A stretch of DNA of 59,135 nt. Source: Octopus bimaculoides. Taxonomy: Eukaryota. Below, piece by piece: positions 1-12,189 of the stretch (positions are counted from its first letter, which is position 1; every line of letters starts with the position of its first letter). Position numbers and translations under genes: made by a program. Below the pieces are notes generated by a model that was not told the origin of the DNA, made no database searches, and saw only the letters and a list, made by a program, of their open reading frames with translations. Location of the stretch: NCBI RefSeq assembly GCF_001194135.2, contig NC_068994.1:29550519-29609653 (forward strand). The letters run 5' to 3'.

Positions 1-2186
1 GAAGAAAAAATACCATCTTGACTGGGCTGCTGTTCAACAGTCTAGTGAATCAAACAAGAATTTAATTTCTATATAATCTAATTGGAGGGGTAGTAGTAAT
101 TTTAATTTAGAGGAAGGTAGATTAAGTAGTGATGGACAGCAGGTTAGGGATAAATCAAGCATGAGGAAAAGAAAAAAATGAAAATGGAAGGACGATTCCC
201 TAAGGAGTGGTTAGAGAAAATTTAAGGTAAGGGAATTAAGGTCAAGGTATTAAAGAATTACATCTATTCTTCAGTATATTTAGAATAATACAACGAAACA
301 CTAAAGTACTAAATTTAAAACCATAGGGAACATTAATAATTAAATTAGAACAAGATAAACATTTATAGTTAAAATAAGATATACATTAATGTGGGGTAGG
401 AAAAGAGAGATATTAATTTATAAGTAAAACCATAATATTAATGGTCAAAACCAGAACAAAGAGAGGGGGGGAAAGAAGGAGGAGGAAAAAAGGGGGAGGA
501 ATAAAGTTAGAAAAACAGGACTAAATTAAGAGAATTAAAGCTAAGGTTTTCGAAAAACTAATATAGTAGAAGAGACTCAGAATTACCTAGAGAAATGTAG
601 GAATATTATCAGTGTGTTGGGAAAGATTAAAATGTATTCTAAATTTATATTTAAAAGTTATAACTCAAATAAAGTAGTGAATAGTCAGGGAAATGAGAGG
701 AATTAAAATAATAAATTATTAGCAAGATTTACTTTTTAAGATATTTACTTTTTAAAATATTTAAAGGTGCGAGAGTAACAATGTACACATAGAACCCTAA
801 GGTCAGATCTATTGTTAATTAGATTAGGATTATCCTTAAGTTTAAAAATTTCGTNNNNNNNNNNGCGAGAGTAACAATGTACACATAGAACCCTAAGGTC
901 AGATCTATTGTTAATTAGATTAGGATTATCCTTAAGTTTAAAAATTTCGTAAATTTCCATAGAGCACAGTCCACAGCCATATCTACTATTTCTATAAGGT
1001 TGTGCTCTCCTGACGATTTCCCATTTAAGATTAAAATCGATACCATTTTCCTTCAATTCTCAAATTTTATTAGATAATGATGTGCTATTGGCGTTATGTT
1101 TAAGTCTAAATGAGGAATCGTTGTTTAAGGTTGATTATGCAACCAACATAAATGTAATTATTAGTTGGAGTAACTACTATACATTTATAGACCACATTAC
1201 GGGTTAAACAACGGCCAGATACCCGGCAGTGGGCTTTAATTCTACAATTGCAATTAAGAGGCTTATTAGCTATACATATATATTGCTATGTTGATTATTG
1301 AAAAAAGTATCTAAATTAGTTATATCAATATTGCTGGTTGTATTACTGGATATGCTATTGATATTGCTTGAGCTAGGAAGATTTATCTCATCAACTATGT
1401 TAACAGTTGAAGTATTATTATGTTCATTAACATGTGCATGATTATTGGTTGCGTTGCTGTTATTTATTGTTTAGTAGTTATTTGTATTGTTATCAATAAT
1501 AAGACAATTTTTATTTTCAAGGGTCCTAGTTAGTTCAATGTTCTTTCTATTTAACTTATTGATAATAGATCCTATATTTCCCAACCCACTGATAATATTC
1601 CTACATTTCTCTAGGTAATTCTGAGTCTCTTCTACTATATTACTTTTTCGAAAACCTTAGCTTTAATTCTCTTAATTTAGTCCTGTTTTTCTAACTTTAT
1701 TCCTCCCCCTTTTTTCCTCCTCCTTCCCCTTTGTTCTGGTTTTGGCCATTAATATTATGGTTTTACTTATAAATTAATATCTCTCTTCTACTACCCCACA
1801 TTAATGTATATCTTATTTTAACTATAAATGTTTATCTTGTTCTAATTTAATTATTAATGTTCCCTATGGTTTTAAATTTAGTACTTTAGTGTTTCGTTGT
1901 ATTATTCTAAATATACTGAAGAATAGATATAATTCTTTAATACCTTGACCTTAATTCCCTTACCTTAAATTTTCTTTAACCACTCCTTAGGGTATCGTCC
2001 TTCCATTTTCATTTTTTTCCCCTCATGCTTGATTTATCCCTAACCTGCTGTCCACCACTACTTAATTTACCTTCCTGTAAATTGAAATTACTACTACCCC
2101 TCCAATTAGATTGTATAGAAATTAAATTCTTGTTTGATTCACTGGACTGTTGAACAGCAGCCCAGTCAAGATGGTATTTTTTCTTC
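1..2186. repeat. Long inverted repeat (arms 1-624 and 1577-2186): inverted pseudo-LTR of PLE A
   Basis: gaagaaaaaataccatcttgactgggc at 1 is the reverse complement of the sequence ending at 2186; gttgggaaa 616-624 pairs with tttcccaac 1577-1585. The left arm runs off the window. Confidence 0.93.
745..1577 (-). pseudogene. Penelope-like element A, degraded C-terminal ORF (Asn-rich linker, Cys knuckle, GIY-YIG endonuclease)
   Basis: Minus-strand translation gives CNCRIKAHCRVSGRCLTRNVVYKC..YIYVG..LKQRF, then STSLSNKI*ELKENG..WEIVRRAQPY..CGLC..NRSDLRVLCVH, the PLE GIY-YIG/CCHH pattern, with stops and a frameshift. Confidence 0.88.
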
Positions 2187-2246
2187 TCTTACTCTTGTTT
2201 TTTGCACACATCTACAAAATGACTTTCTAAAATGAAATTCCATTAT

Positions 2247-2334
2247 GCAGCTGAGGAGTACATTTTCATTGCACATTTTATGTAGTGTTCTCACTACATG
2301 AATAAATGAAGTTTGTACGAAACGTACGTACTGC
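2247..2334 (+). ncRNA. Type I minimal hammerhead ribozyme with extended stem II
   Basis: Stem I GCAG(2247-50)/CTGC(2331-34); core CTGAGGA 2251-57; stem II GTACA/TGTAC; GAAA 2319-22; stem III AC-GTAC-GT; GTA cleavage triplet 2328-30. It lies in the PLE pLTR, sense to the element. Confidence 0.85.
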
Positions 2335-3049
2335 TATAACCTATTGAATTTTTGTTGCTTTTCTTCAAATTTTATTCACCAAATCTCTTGATTTTGTTTT
2401 GGGTTTTTACTCTACCAAATTCTGGTGCCTCAAACATTTTAAGTACCACATTTAATCTTTTGATTAAATCTATATTATACACACACACACACACACACAC
2501 ACACAATAATACGATATACGAGTTACTTTGTTCCCGGAGACCGTTCGTGAAGCGAAAAGTAGTAAAGCCTAGCAATAACTACCCGTAGTAGCAATGTTAT
2601 AAATCGTAATTCGTTCTCAGAAAAATATTTTACCTATAAAATCTATAATACACGTAAATATATGGCAATAAAACAGCAGTAGAATGTAAATAATATTTTA
2701 CGTAATGTAGAAAGAATGCCAAGATCATTTATAATAAAAAATATTATCATTATAATCGTTTTTTTGATCCCTTTCACTCGCACTAGACTCGCGCACACCA
2801 TCACTTGTAGACGCGGTCACCGATTCACAAGCACTCGTAGAGGGACTTGTGGATTTCTTTTTAAAAAACAAGTCTAGAGTTGTTCGCTTAGAAGCTTTTT
2901 TTCTGTGGGTGCGTCATGTCGTTGCACCTGTTGCTGTTGTAGGTGCTGCTGTTGTTAAAGGGTGGGCTATGTGACTGACTCGGGTGCGTACGGAGCCGTA
3001 TAGGCATTGATGTCGTGTTCAATTCCCAGTGGTTCGGCCCGTCTTTTTT

Positions 3050-3462
3050 TAAAACAACAACAGCACCTACAACAGCAACAGGCGCAACATCACGCGCATG
3101 CAGAAGTACGTGGGTGCACTGGGAACTCACTCAAACAACGTATTTCCAATCATTTGTCCTCCTTCAGAGTTCCGGAAAGGAGATACGTGACATCACTGGC
3201 CAGCCATGTCTGGCAATTACGAGACGAAGAGATTCCATACTCGATCGCATGGAAAATACTCGAGAACTTAGGCCCCTACATCAACGGGACGAAACGGTGC
3301 AAGTTATGCATTGCCGAACGCATGAGGATCCTTAAAGACTTGCTCGTGCCAGGGAAAATCATGAACTCCAGGACGGAGATTTTCGGACCATGCCTGCTGT
3401 TTAGAAAATTTCTGCTGGCTTTTTGGAATCCGCATGGCGGCACTACAGCCAGAAACCAATAG
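3050..3462 (+). pseudogene. Penelope-like GIY-YIG endonuclease fragment
   Basis: QKYVG (1-nt frameshift) CTGNSLKQRISNHLSSF..TSLASHVWQLR..WKIL..PYINGTKRCKLCIAE..NSRTEIFGPC. Confidence 0.85.
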
Positions 3463-4777
3463 CCAAGGCCGAAGGAAGACAATCGTATGCCNNNNNNNNN
3501 NNNNNNNNNNNNNNNNNNNNNNNNNNNNNNNNNNNNNNNNNNNNNNNNNNNNNNNNNNNNNNNNNNNNNNNNNNNNNNNNNNNNNNNNNNNNNNNNNNNN
3601 NNNNNNNNNNNNNNNNNNNNNNNNNNNNNNNNNNNNNNNNNNNNNNNNNNNNNNNNNNNNNNNNNNNNNNNNNNNNNNNNNNNNNNNNNNNNNNNNNNNN
3701 NNNNNNNNNNNNNNNNNNNNNNNNNNNNNNNNNNNNNNNNNNNNNNNNNNNNNNNNNNNNNNNNNNNNNNNNNNNNNNNNNNNNNNNNNNNNNNNNNNNN
3801 NNNNNNNNNNNNNNNNNNNNNNNNNNNNNNNNNNNNNNNNNNNNNNNNNNNNNNNNNNNNNNNNNNNNNNNNNNNNNNNNNNNNNNNNNNNNNNNNNNNN
3901 NNNNNNNNNNNNNNNNNNNNNNNNNNNNNNNNNNNNNNNNNNNNNNNNNNNNNNNNNNNNNNNNNNNNNNNNNNNNNNNNNNNNNNNNNNNNNNNNNNNN
4001 NNNNNNNNNNNNNNNNNNNNNNNNNNNNNNNNNNNNNNNNNNNNNNNNNNNNNNNNNNNNNNNNNNNNNNNNNNNNNNNNNNNNNNNNNNNNNNNNNNNN
4101 NNNNNNNNNNNNNNNNNNNNNNNNNNNNNNTTCAGTAACACATATAAGAATTTGCCAGTTCTTAGAGTACACAATAGTAAGAGTCTGTATGTAAGAAGTT
4201 GAGGCGTGTGGGACAGGGCGATCACTCGTCGTGATGTTAGGGCTTCCATGCCGGGCCGGGTTCTTGAGTACAGATGTTCTTCGCAGGCTGAGTTCTTGTC
4301 TATTATTTATCGTGGTGAAGATGAATCACACAAACAGAATCGAAGAGAGAAGTGCCGCGGTTAGCTGTTGGTAGCTGGTGTACGTAGAAGTCATGTTGAC
4401 GCTGTCGGCGATGCCGGTAGTCGTAGTGTCGTGTTGCTGCTGGCAGTCGTAGTTGTACGAAGCTGTTGATGTCGCTGGAACTGCTGCTGCTGCTCTGTGT
4501 GGTATACGGAACAAGTCTCTAAGAGATCTGAACCGCGACGATTTGACGGGTATAATTTAGTCTATTTATAGCAAAATAGAGGCTCCAGAGAGCATCTGAA
4601 AAACACTCTATCACGTGACCTTATTAGGGGCTGTGGTTGGTCGATTTACGTTCTGGCGGGAACGGTACGAAGCAGTTGCCGCTTCAAATAATAGTCAGTC
4701 ATGTGATGGATACAGTAGGCTGCTCTCTGCTACGCCCGAACTTGAATATTTATATTAGTGGGAAAGAGTGGTGTTCA

Positions 4778-4852
<75 letters not shown>

Positions 4853-6455
4853 GTACATAGGCATAATTATAGAATTAAAAAGGTGTTGCTTCCCCAGTAC
4901 GTGCTCTGAGGTTTAGTCTCAATGCATGGTACCTTCGGCAAGTGGCATTCTTCTGTCGTAACTTCGAGAGGATGGAAACTTCAAGGACTCTAACCATTCT
5001 TGTTTTAGGATGGTAGACGAAATTTGTTGCCCAAGTTAACCACCTGGTTATGTGGAATCTTTAGCGGAGATCACTCTGTTATAAGCATTTAAACCAGGTC
5101 TCCTGTTTTTGGCTGCCTTCATCCCTTGCTACCTCTAGTTTTGGAGGCATTGAAAAAGACTATGGTAGTTTTTAATAGGATAAACAAATAATTAACTAAA
5201 ATGAAGGATATACATGTAAAGCCTATAGTGAAAGGAACTCTAGGTATGGTTTTTGATAATAGACGTTAAAAATGGTTAAATAAGATCCTAAAGGCTGTCA
5301 ACTTCAACTGAACTGGAAAAAAAGGGGGTGGGGACAATACCTTCAATGGTGGCAGTTAAGATAAGGGAGAAGGCAATGGGCGATGGAAGTGCTGCGCACG
5401 AGGAAGGTAAAATGGAAAGGAACTGAGCGTTTTTTTCCCACCCCTTTCTTTAAAATTTTATTTTTAAAATTCCTCAGTTTTATACAATGAGAATTACGAT
5501 CCCGAAAGAAATTTCTTTTTCCAAAAATTTCAATTAAAAAAAAAAAAATTGTCCCCTGTTTCGTGACCTCTTTTCCTTCCCCATGTGGTAGTGAAAGCTA
5601 TTCCGAAACTCTGCATGATTTGTTCTATTTGTAACAAATTATTTCCGAAAAGCTATTTATTTGATTGTGGACAGCTAGAATGCGAAGAATGTTGAAAAAA
5701 AAAATAAATAAATCGAGCGTGGAGATATAATATTATAAACAATTTTAACTTTTAAACTGACTTAAAGCTATCTTGTTATTCTCATATTTTAAAAAGATAT
5801 TCGTATTTTTGAGAAACAGGCATTAAGTATACTTATCTTCATTATTTGAGAAAAATAATTAAGAAACGAAATACAGTATAAAATATAAAAGTTGTTACAG
5901 AAACTGACATTTTTTCTTTTTTTTGCTCTACATCGAATTAAGGAAGTTGTCACGTTTATAATTTGCATAACAATAGCTGTATTTGTTGGTAAATAGATGT
6001 AAATTTTGATATTACTGCAATTTCAGTGTAAGTAATTTTAAATGTTTAGATTTAGCTCAATATTTAGCACATGTACATAACCATTCATTTATTCATCCAC
6101 AGACACACACACACATATAGGCACACAGTCTTACTCATTATATTAACACATCTATTTACGAATAAGACAATACCAAGATTTTTTTTTCTGTATTATGACT
6201 AGTAAAATAATGATTCTGAAAAAAGGTTTAGGTTTATTTTGGTTGTCTATCGCTCACTCAATTCAGATTTTCGAATAACCGTTCATACAATTAAGATTCT
6301 ACTTTTTAAAATATTGAAGTACAATAAATGAAATTATTTACTGAATCATTTGAAAGTGTTGTGTCGTTAAAAAAAATCAATAATTGAAGACATAAATCCT
6401 AACAAACAAATAGTTTATGTATAAATAGCTTAACATTCGATATCTCACCGCGTAA

Positions 6456-6549
6456 GCCCGCATAGCTCAGTCGGTAGAGCATCAGACTTTTATGACTGAA
6501 TCTTCACAGAGTCATCTGAGGGTCGTGGGTTCAAGTCCCCCTGCGGGCG
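6456..6549 (+). tRNA. tRNA-Lys-TTT: tRNA-Lys(UUU) with 21-nt intron (6493-6513) at canonical position 37/38
   Basis: Acceptor stem GCCCGCA/TGCGGGC; D stem GCTC/GAGC; anticodon stem TCAGA/TCTGA; anticodon TTT 6489-91; GGTTCAAGT B box; one T.C mismatch in the T stem; T7 Pol III terminator 6559-65. Confidence 0.92.
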
Positions 6550-6558
6550 AAGCATTTG

Positions 6559-6565
6559 TTTTTTT
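6559..6565 (+). terminator. Pol III T-tract terminator of tRNA-Lys
   Basis: Seven T residues starting 10 nt after the discriminator base. Confidence 0.75.
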
Positions 6566-6905
6566 CTGCACGTCTTTCATACAAACCTACTTCATTTTCA
6601 TTTTGCTTATTGTTATTTTACATAATGTCTTTAGATATTGTTATTTTGTCGTACTTTCCCGACCATTGTGAAGAATAGTTTCGTTGATATAAGCTGCGAT
6701 TTAGATAATGACTATGTAAATGGAACAAAGAAAGCATACACATTCGTGAGAGAAACAAAATTTGTACTCATGAATATATCAAATATATCATTATATTAGT
6801 AATGTAACACACACGCACGTACCACAGCCACCACCACCACACGCACACACAAGCACCCACACTAACACTATCACCACCGTCACCACCGTCGTCGCCACCC
6901 ACCCT

Positions 6906-6943
<38 letters not shown>

Positions 6944-6974
6944 TATTATCATCATGTAACGTGTTTACAACTTC

Positions 6975-7098
6975 CTAACCACTACCCTTGTGTTAAGCAT
7001 CGCCAGTCAGAACGTTCCTTTATCATCACCTCCAGGAGACGTAGCACCTTCAGATCAGCTTTCACCTCCTCGTCACGAGTTTTCCTTGGTCTTTCACT
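6975..7098 (-). mobile_element. RTE LINE 3' end fragment
   Basis: RPRKTRDEEVKADLKVLRLLEVMIKERSDWR resembles RTE ORF C-termini; an (ATC)n tract lies nearby. Confidence 0.6.
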
Positions 7099-7532
7099 TN
7101 NNNNNNNNNNNNNNNNNNNNNNNNNNNNNNNNNNNNNNNNNNNNNNNNNNNNNNNNNNNNNNNNNNNNNNNNNNNNNNNNNNNNNNNNNNNNNNNNNNNN
7201 NNNNNNNNNNNNNNNNNNNNNNNNNNNNNNNNNNNNNNNNNNNNNNNNNNNNNNNNNATCCATCCATCTATCCATCCATCCATCCATCCACGGGAAGTGG
7301 GGATGAGTGTGCGTTTGTGTAGGTGTATGTATATACTGTAAGGGAACAATGGTGTATGTGGTGCGGGTATTGAGTATAACGGTGTAGAGAAGCTGTATGG
7401 GCAGTAGAGAAGGAGAGGTAGAGGAAGGTGAGAGATGTGTGATTTGTGTAAATGTGTGAGCGGAGGTGGGTTTTGATGAAGATAGGTGACAGATTATGAC
7501 CATGAGAGGCTGAGGAATGGAAAAGAGAAAAA

Positions 7533-7759
7533 GGCGGCGAGATGGCAGAAACGTTAGCACGCTGGGCGAAATGCTTAGCGGTATTTCGTCTGCTGCAACG
7601 TTCTGAGTTCAAATTCCGCTGCGGTCGACTTAGCCTTTCATCCATTCGGGGTCGATTAAATAAGTACCAGTTACGCACTGGGTCGATGTAATCAACTTAA
7701 TCCGTTTGTCTGTTCTTGTTTGTCCCCTCTATGTTTAGCTCCTTGTGGGCAATAAAGAA
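7533..7759 (+). mobile_element. tRNA-derived SINE, family A, near full length
   Basis: ggcggcgagatggcagaaacgttagcac..ctgagttcaaattccgc..gcctttcatcc..; closely matches the copy at 57991-58223. Confidence 0.85.
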
Positions 7760-7949
7760 TATGAATGGAGAACATAGACAGATGTAGCGAATGACCGGTC
7801 GAATGGATGTGACGCACGACCGGAGTGTCATTGTCGAGCTTGATGCTCAAGAGATGTCCCGGAGGTGTTCAACAAACAGGTTAGCTACGTGCCGGCAAGT
7901 TTGGCTGATGTACAAGGGAATGTAAGAGAGAGAGAGAGAGAGAGTGTGT

Positions 7950-9120
7950 GTGTGTGTGGGCGATAATAAGGGAAGGAGCCAGGTAGAATATAAAGGGAAG
8001 AGAGGAAGCTACGGACCAGAAGGTTACGCAGGTTATGGGTACGTTTGAAGGAGGGGAGGATCGGTTGAAGATGTGGGAAGTGGAGGAGAAGATTGGAGTC
8101 AGCGGAAGGCCCGAAGAATGATGCAGTGGAGGGGTGGCAGGTGAGGGGGANNNNNNNNNNNNNNNNNNNNNNNNNNNNNNNNNNNNNNNNNNNNNNNNNN
8201 NNNNNNNNNNNNNNNNNNNNNNNNNNNNNNNNNNNNNNNNNNNNNNNNNNNNNNNNNNNNNNNNNNNNNNNNNNNNNNNNNNNNNNNNNNNNNNNNNNNN
8301 NNNNNNNNNNNNNNNNNNNNNNNNNNNNNNNNNNNNNNNNNNNNNNNNNGGTGGGTAAGGATGGGGTGGGAGCGGGGAGAGCGAGCGGATGCACCGTCAA
8401 AAGATCGGACACGGGTGAGGGCGGCTTGGATAACGGTATGGAGTATCTCCGTTAGGTGAAGTGGCGAGCCATAAGTTGAGACTGTATCAAAATAATGATC
8501 GTCACTACAGAGCCGGCGGAGACGGAATGACCTGAGTACGGAATGCACAATGTGGAGTGAGTAAGGTGGGAGGAGGTTGAGTGAAGAGTGTGCGTCTGTA
8601 GGTTTACAGGGAATGGGCTGGTAAGAGAGGAGTGGTGGAAGGTAACAGAAATATTAAGAAAGTGGACAGAGGGCTGGAGACAGAACAGGAATTCAAGGGC
8701 AAGAATGAAGAACCGGATGAAAGAGAGGAAGGAGTCGAGATGTTTACAGGAGAGTGAGGTCGCGCCGATACAGACGTCAGTGTAACGACTGTGTAACTCA
8801 AGTGTTGGACCGATTAACTGAGAGAATATTTAGGCCTCAACGTAGCCAGCAAACAGGTTCGCATAGTTGGGCCCATTCTCGTTCTATGGTCAGTCCTGAT
8901 GATAAACTTCACTAGTGAACGAGAAGTAATTTAGAGAAAGGACAAGTTCAGCCAAACTGAGGAAGCTAGAGGTGTCACGCTGAGGATCAGGACGAAGTTC
9001 GAGGAAATATCTTAAAGCAAGGAGGTTTTCATTGTGAAGGATAACAGTGTATAAGGGTTTTATGTCAAGGGTGAACAGGAGCCTGGAAAGGGCGGTAGGA
9101 ACGGAGACTAAAGTTTCGAA
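7950..9120 (-). pseudogene. Penelope-like reverse transcriptase fragment (gap inside)
   Basis: LFTLDIKPLYTVILH..LAELVLSLNYFSF..GPNYANLFAGYVE..RYTDVC (degenerate YxDD), then PSFKRTHNLRNLLVRS..PGSFP. Confidence 0.8.
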
Positions 9121-9167
9121 ATGTCGATATTTATGTGTGTGTGTGTGTGTATACATGTATATGTGAG

Positions 9168-9209
<42 letters not shown>

Positions 9210-9214
9210 ACACA

Positions 9215-9411
9215 CACACATTCTTTTATTTGGTTCAGTCATTTAACTGCGGCCATGCTGGAGCATGGCCTTTAGTCGAGCAGATCGACCCCAAGACTGA
9301 TTCTTTGTAAGCCTAGTACTTATTCTATCGGTCTCTTGCCGAGCCGCTAAGTTACGGGGACATAAACACACCAGCATCGGTTGTCAAGCGATCTTGTGGG
9401 GACAAACACAG

Positions 9412-9442
<31 letters not shown>

Positions 9443-9560
9443 CACGACGGACCTCTTTCAATTTCCGGTTACCAAATCCACTCACAAGGCTTTGGTCAGC
9501 TCGAGGCTATAGTAAAAGACACTTGACCAAGGTGCCACGCAGTGGGACTGAACCCGGAAC
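9215..9560 (-). mobile_element. tRNA-derived SINE, family B (internal (TG)n)
   Basis: Minus strand gggttcagtcccactgcgtggcaccttggtcaagtgtc..gtccccgtaacttagcgg..ccagcatggccgcag; related copies near 28735, 35130 and 56380. Confidence 0.8.
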
Positions 9561-9626
9561 CACACAGCCACTCCTGCGCGGATTTGGTTTACAAGATTCT
9601 TTATGTGAATTCGTGTGTTGAAGCAT

Positions 9627-9839
9627 ATTTTATTGTATCTGGTGAGAGTCATTTTCTTTTAGTGCCTTATTATTTAATACACCGGTTCAGCTTCCACCCA
9701 TTTACTTGTTTATTTTTTCTAAAATTTTCGTTGAGTCTTGCAACCTTTTCAATATTCGTTGTGTCCGTCCGTTATCCGAGCTGCGTTCTTTTTGTTTGTT
9801 TGTGCGCATGTGTGTGGGTCAGTGTGCGTGCGCATATAC

Positions 9840-9845
<6 letters not shown>
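9627..9845 (+). repeat. Unclassified interspersed repeat X (other copies 12565-12790 + and 14095-14315 -)
   Basis: Three recognisably similar copies (attttattgt..tttagtgccttattatt..cttgcaaccttttcaata..gtgggtcagtgtgcgtgcgc) running into (ATGT)n. Confidence 0.8.
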
Positions 9846-9885
<40 letters not shown>

Positions 9886-10532
9886 GCAAGTATGTGTATG
9901 CATATATATCCCTCTATCTATCTACCCATCTATCTTTCTTCTTACCCATCTCCCCATCTCGCTCTGCTTCCTTCTGTTGTCCTGGCTTCTACTTCACTGC
10001 TATACACATTTCTCTCTTCCTCCCTCTACCATCCTCTCTGCTCACGTGTAACCTGTGGTCAACTCTCTTTTCACTCCAGCCACTATGAAGGCGAGACGAA
10101 CTGTTAGCGTTTAACATCAGATTCGCGTTTGGCCGTTAGGCTTTTTAATGTTGTTTTCACTGTCCGTTTTTTCCTGTCTTGGTTTGTGTTTGCCACNNNN
10201 NNNNNNGTGTGTGTGTGTGTGTGTGTGCGTATTTGTGTGTGTGCATGTCTGAGTGTATCTGTGTATGGTCCTTTTGGTGACTATATACGTGCGTCTGTTA
10301 TGTATGGATGTGTGTCTTCATGTGTCCTTGTGTGAAGTGTGCGTGTGTGTGCTTGTCTGTCTATATTACCTATGTACCTATCTATCTGTATTTCTATCTG
10401 TTTATATTCATATCCATTTACCTACATAAATATGCACACACACACACACACACACGCACACATACGAATATATATATATATATATATATATACGTGTGTG
10501 TGTGTGTGTGTATATATATATACATATATGTA

Positions 10533-10643
<111 letters not shown>

Positions 10644-10845
10644 ATGTATGTATGTATGTATGTATGTATGCATATATCTTTATATATCGAGGGTATGAGA
10701 GGTATTGGTGTCAAGAAGACCCAAAGGCGTCAGATAATGCTGAGTAAGTGCTTTGGACAGACTATAGTTGTTAAGCTCTAGGTTCGATGGTGATACGAAT
10801 GAGGAGTCCATCGTAGGTCATGTATTAGCATGCATATATATAAGA

Positions 10846-11128
10846 ATTAACAGAATGAGATAAAAAATCCAAGGCTGTAAAAATTTTCAGAACATTTATA
10901 AAGAGAAGGTTTTACACAAGGTACAGAAAACTTATAGATACACCATTCTGCTTAAATAATAGAACTGCATTTCACTCATCTTCTCTATAATAACTAGTAC
11001 TTAAACATTTTCTCGCACTGTCACTGATGAAGGTATATATTAAATATCCCGGAAATAGGTGTAAGACCTCTTTATAAATGTTCTGAAAACTTTCACACCC
11101 TTGTTTTTTTTTATCTCATTCTGTTAAT
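10846..11128. mobile_element. MITE with ~70-bp imperfect terminal inverted repeats
   Basis: attaacagaatgagataaaaaa at the left end and ttttttatctcattctgttaat at the right; the arms continue through ttttcagaacatttataaa. Confidence 0.8.
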
Positions 11129-12189
11129 ATGTATATATNNNNNNNNNNNNNNNNNNNNNNNNNNNNNNNNNNNNNNNNNNNNNNNNNNNNNNNNNNNNNN
11201 NNNNNNNNNNNNNNNNNNNNNNNNNNNNNNNNNNNNNNNNNNNNNNNNNNNNNNNNNNNNNNNNNNNNNNNNNNNNNNNNNNNNNNNNNNNNNNNNNNNN
11301 NNNNNNNNNNNNNNNNNNNNNNNNNNNNNNNNNNNNNNNNNNNNNNNNNNNNNNNNNNNNNNNNNNNNNNNNNNNNNNNNNNNNNNNNNNNNNNNNNNNN
11401 NNNNNNNNNNNNNNNNNNNNNNNNNNNNNNNNNNNNNNNNNNNNNNNNNNNNNNNNNNNNNNNNNNNNNNNNNNNNNNNNNNNNNNNNNNNNNNNNNNNN
11501 NNNNNNNNNNNNNNNNNNNNNNNNNNNNNNNNNNNNNNNNNNNNNNNNNNNNNNNNNNNNNNNNNNNNNNNNNNNNNNNNNNNNNNNNNNNNNNNNNNNN
11601 NNNNNNNNNNNNNNNNNNNNNNNNNNNNNNNNNNNNNNNNNNNNNNNNNNNNNNNNNNNNNNNNNNNNNNNNNNNNNNNNNNNNNNNNNNNNNNNNNNNN
11701 NNNNNNNNNNNNNNNNNNNNNNNNNNNNNNNNNNNNNNNNNNNNNNNNNNNNNNNNNNNNNNNNNNNNNNNNNNNNNNNNNNNNNNNNNNNNNNNNNNNN
11801 NNNNNNNNNNNNNNNNNNNNNNNNNNNNNNNNNNNNNNNNNNNNNNNNNNNNNNNNNNNNNNNNNNNNNNNNNNNNNNNNNNNNNNNNNNNNNNNNNNNN
11901 NNNNNNNNNNNNNNNNNNNNNNNNNNNNNNNNNNNNNNNNNNNNNNNNNNNNNNNNNNNNNNNNNNNNNNNNNNNNNNNNNNNNNNNNNNNNNNNNNNNN
12001 NNNNNNNNNNNNNNNNNNNNNNNNNNNNNNNNNNNNNNNNNNNNNNNNNNNNNNNNNNNNNNNNNNNNNTATATATATATACGCATATATACACGCGCGC
12101 GTGCACACACACATACATACGTCTGCATAACAGCCTACTAACTACTCTACCTGTATATATATATATACCACGGGTATTGGGGTATGACT

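Noticed and set aside
769-950. Exact 86-bp duplication (769-854 and 865-950) in the GIY-YIG ORF
   Set aside because: It flanks a 10-N gap, typical of an unmerged contig overlap.
1060-1075. In-frame TGA in PLE A (and near 50240) as possible selenocysteine, reported for some Naiad PLEs
   Set aside because: The TGAs fall at conserved Trp or Arg positions, not Cys, and co-occur with other disabling mutations.
4600-4760. TCACGTGA E-box in a CpG-richer patch as a promoter
   Set aside because: No associated exon or transcript evidence; the motif is expected by chance.
10075-10115. cactatgaaggcgagacgaactgttag hammerhead-like string
   Set aside because: Both core halves are broken.
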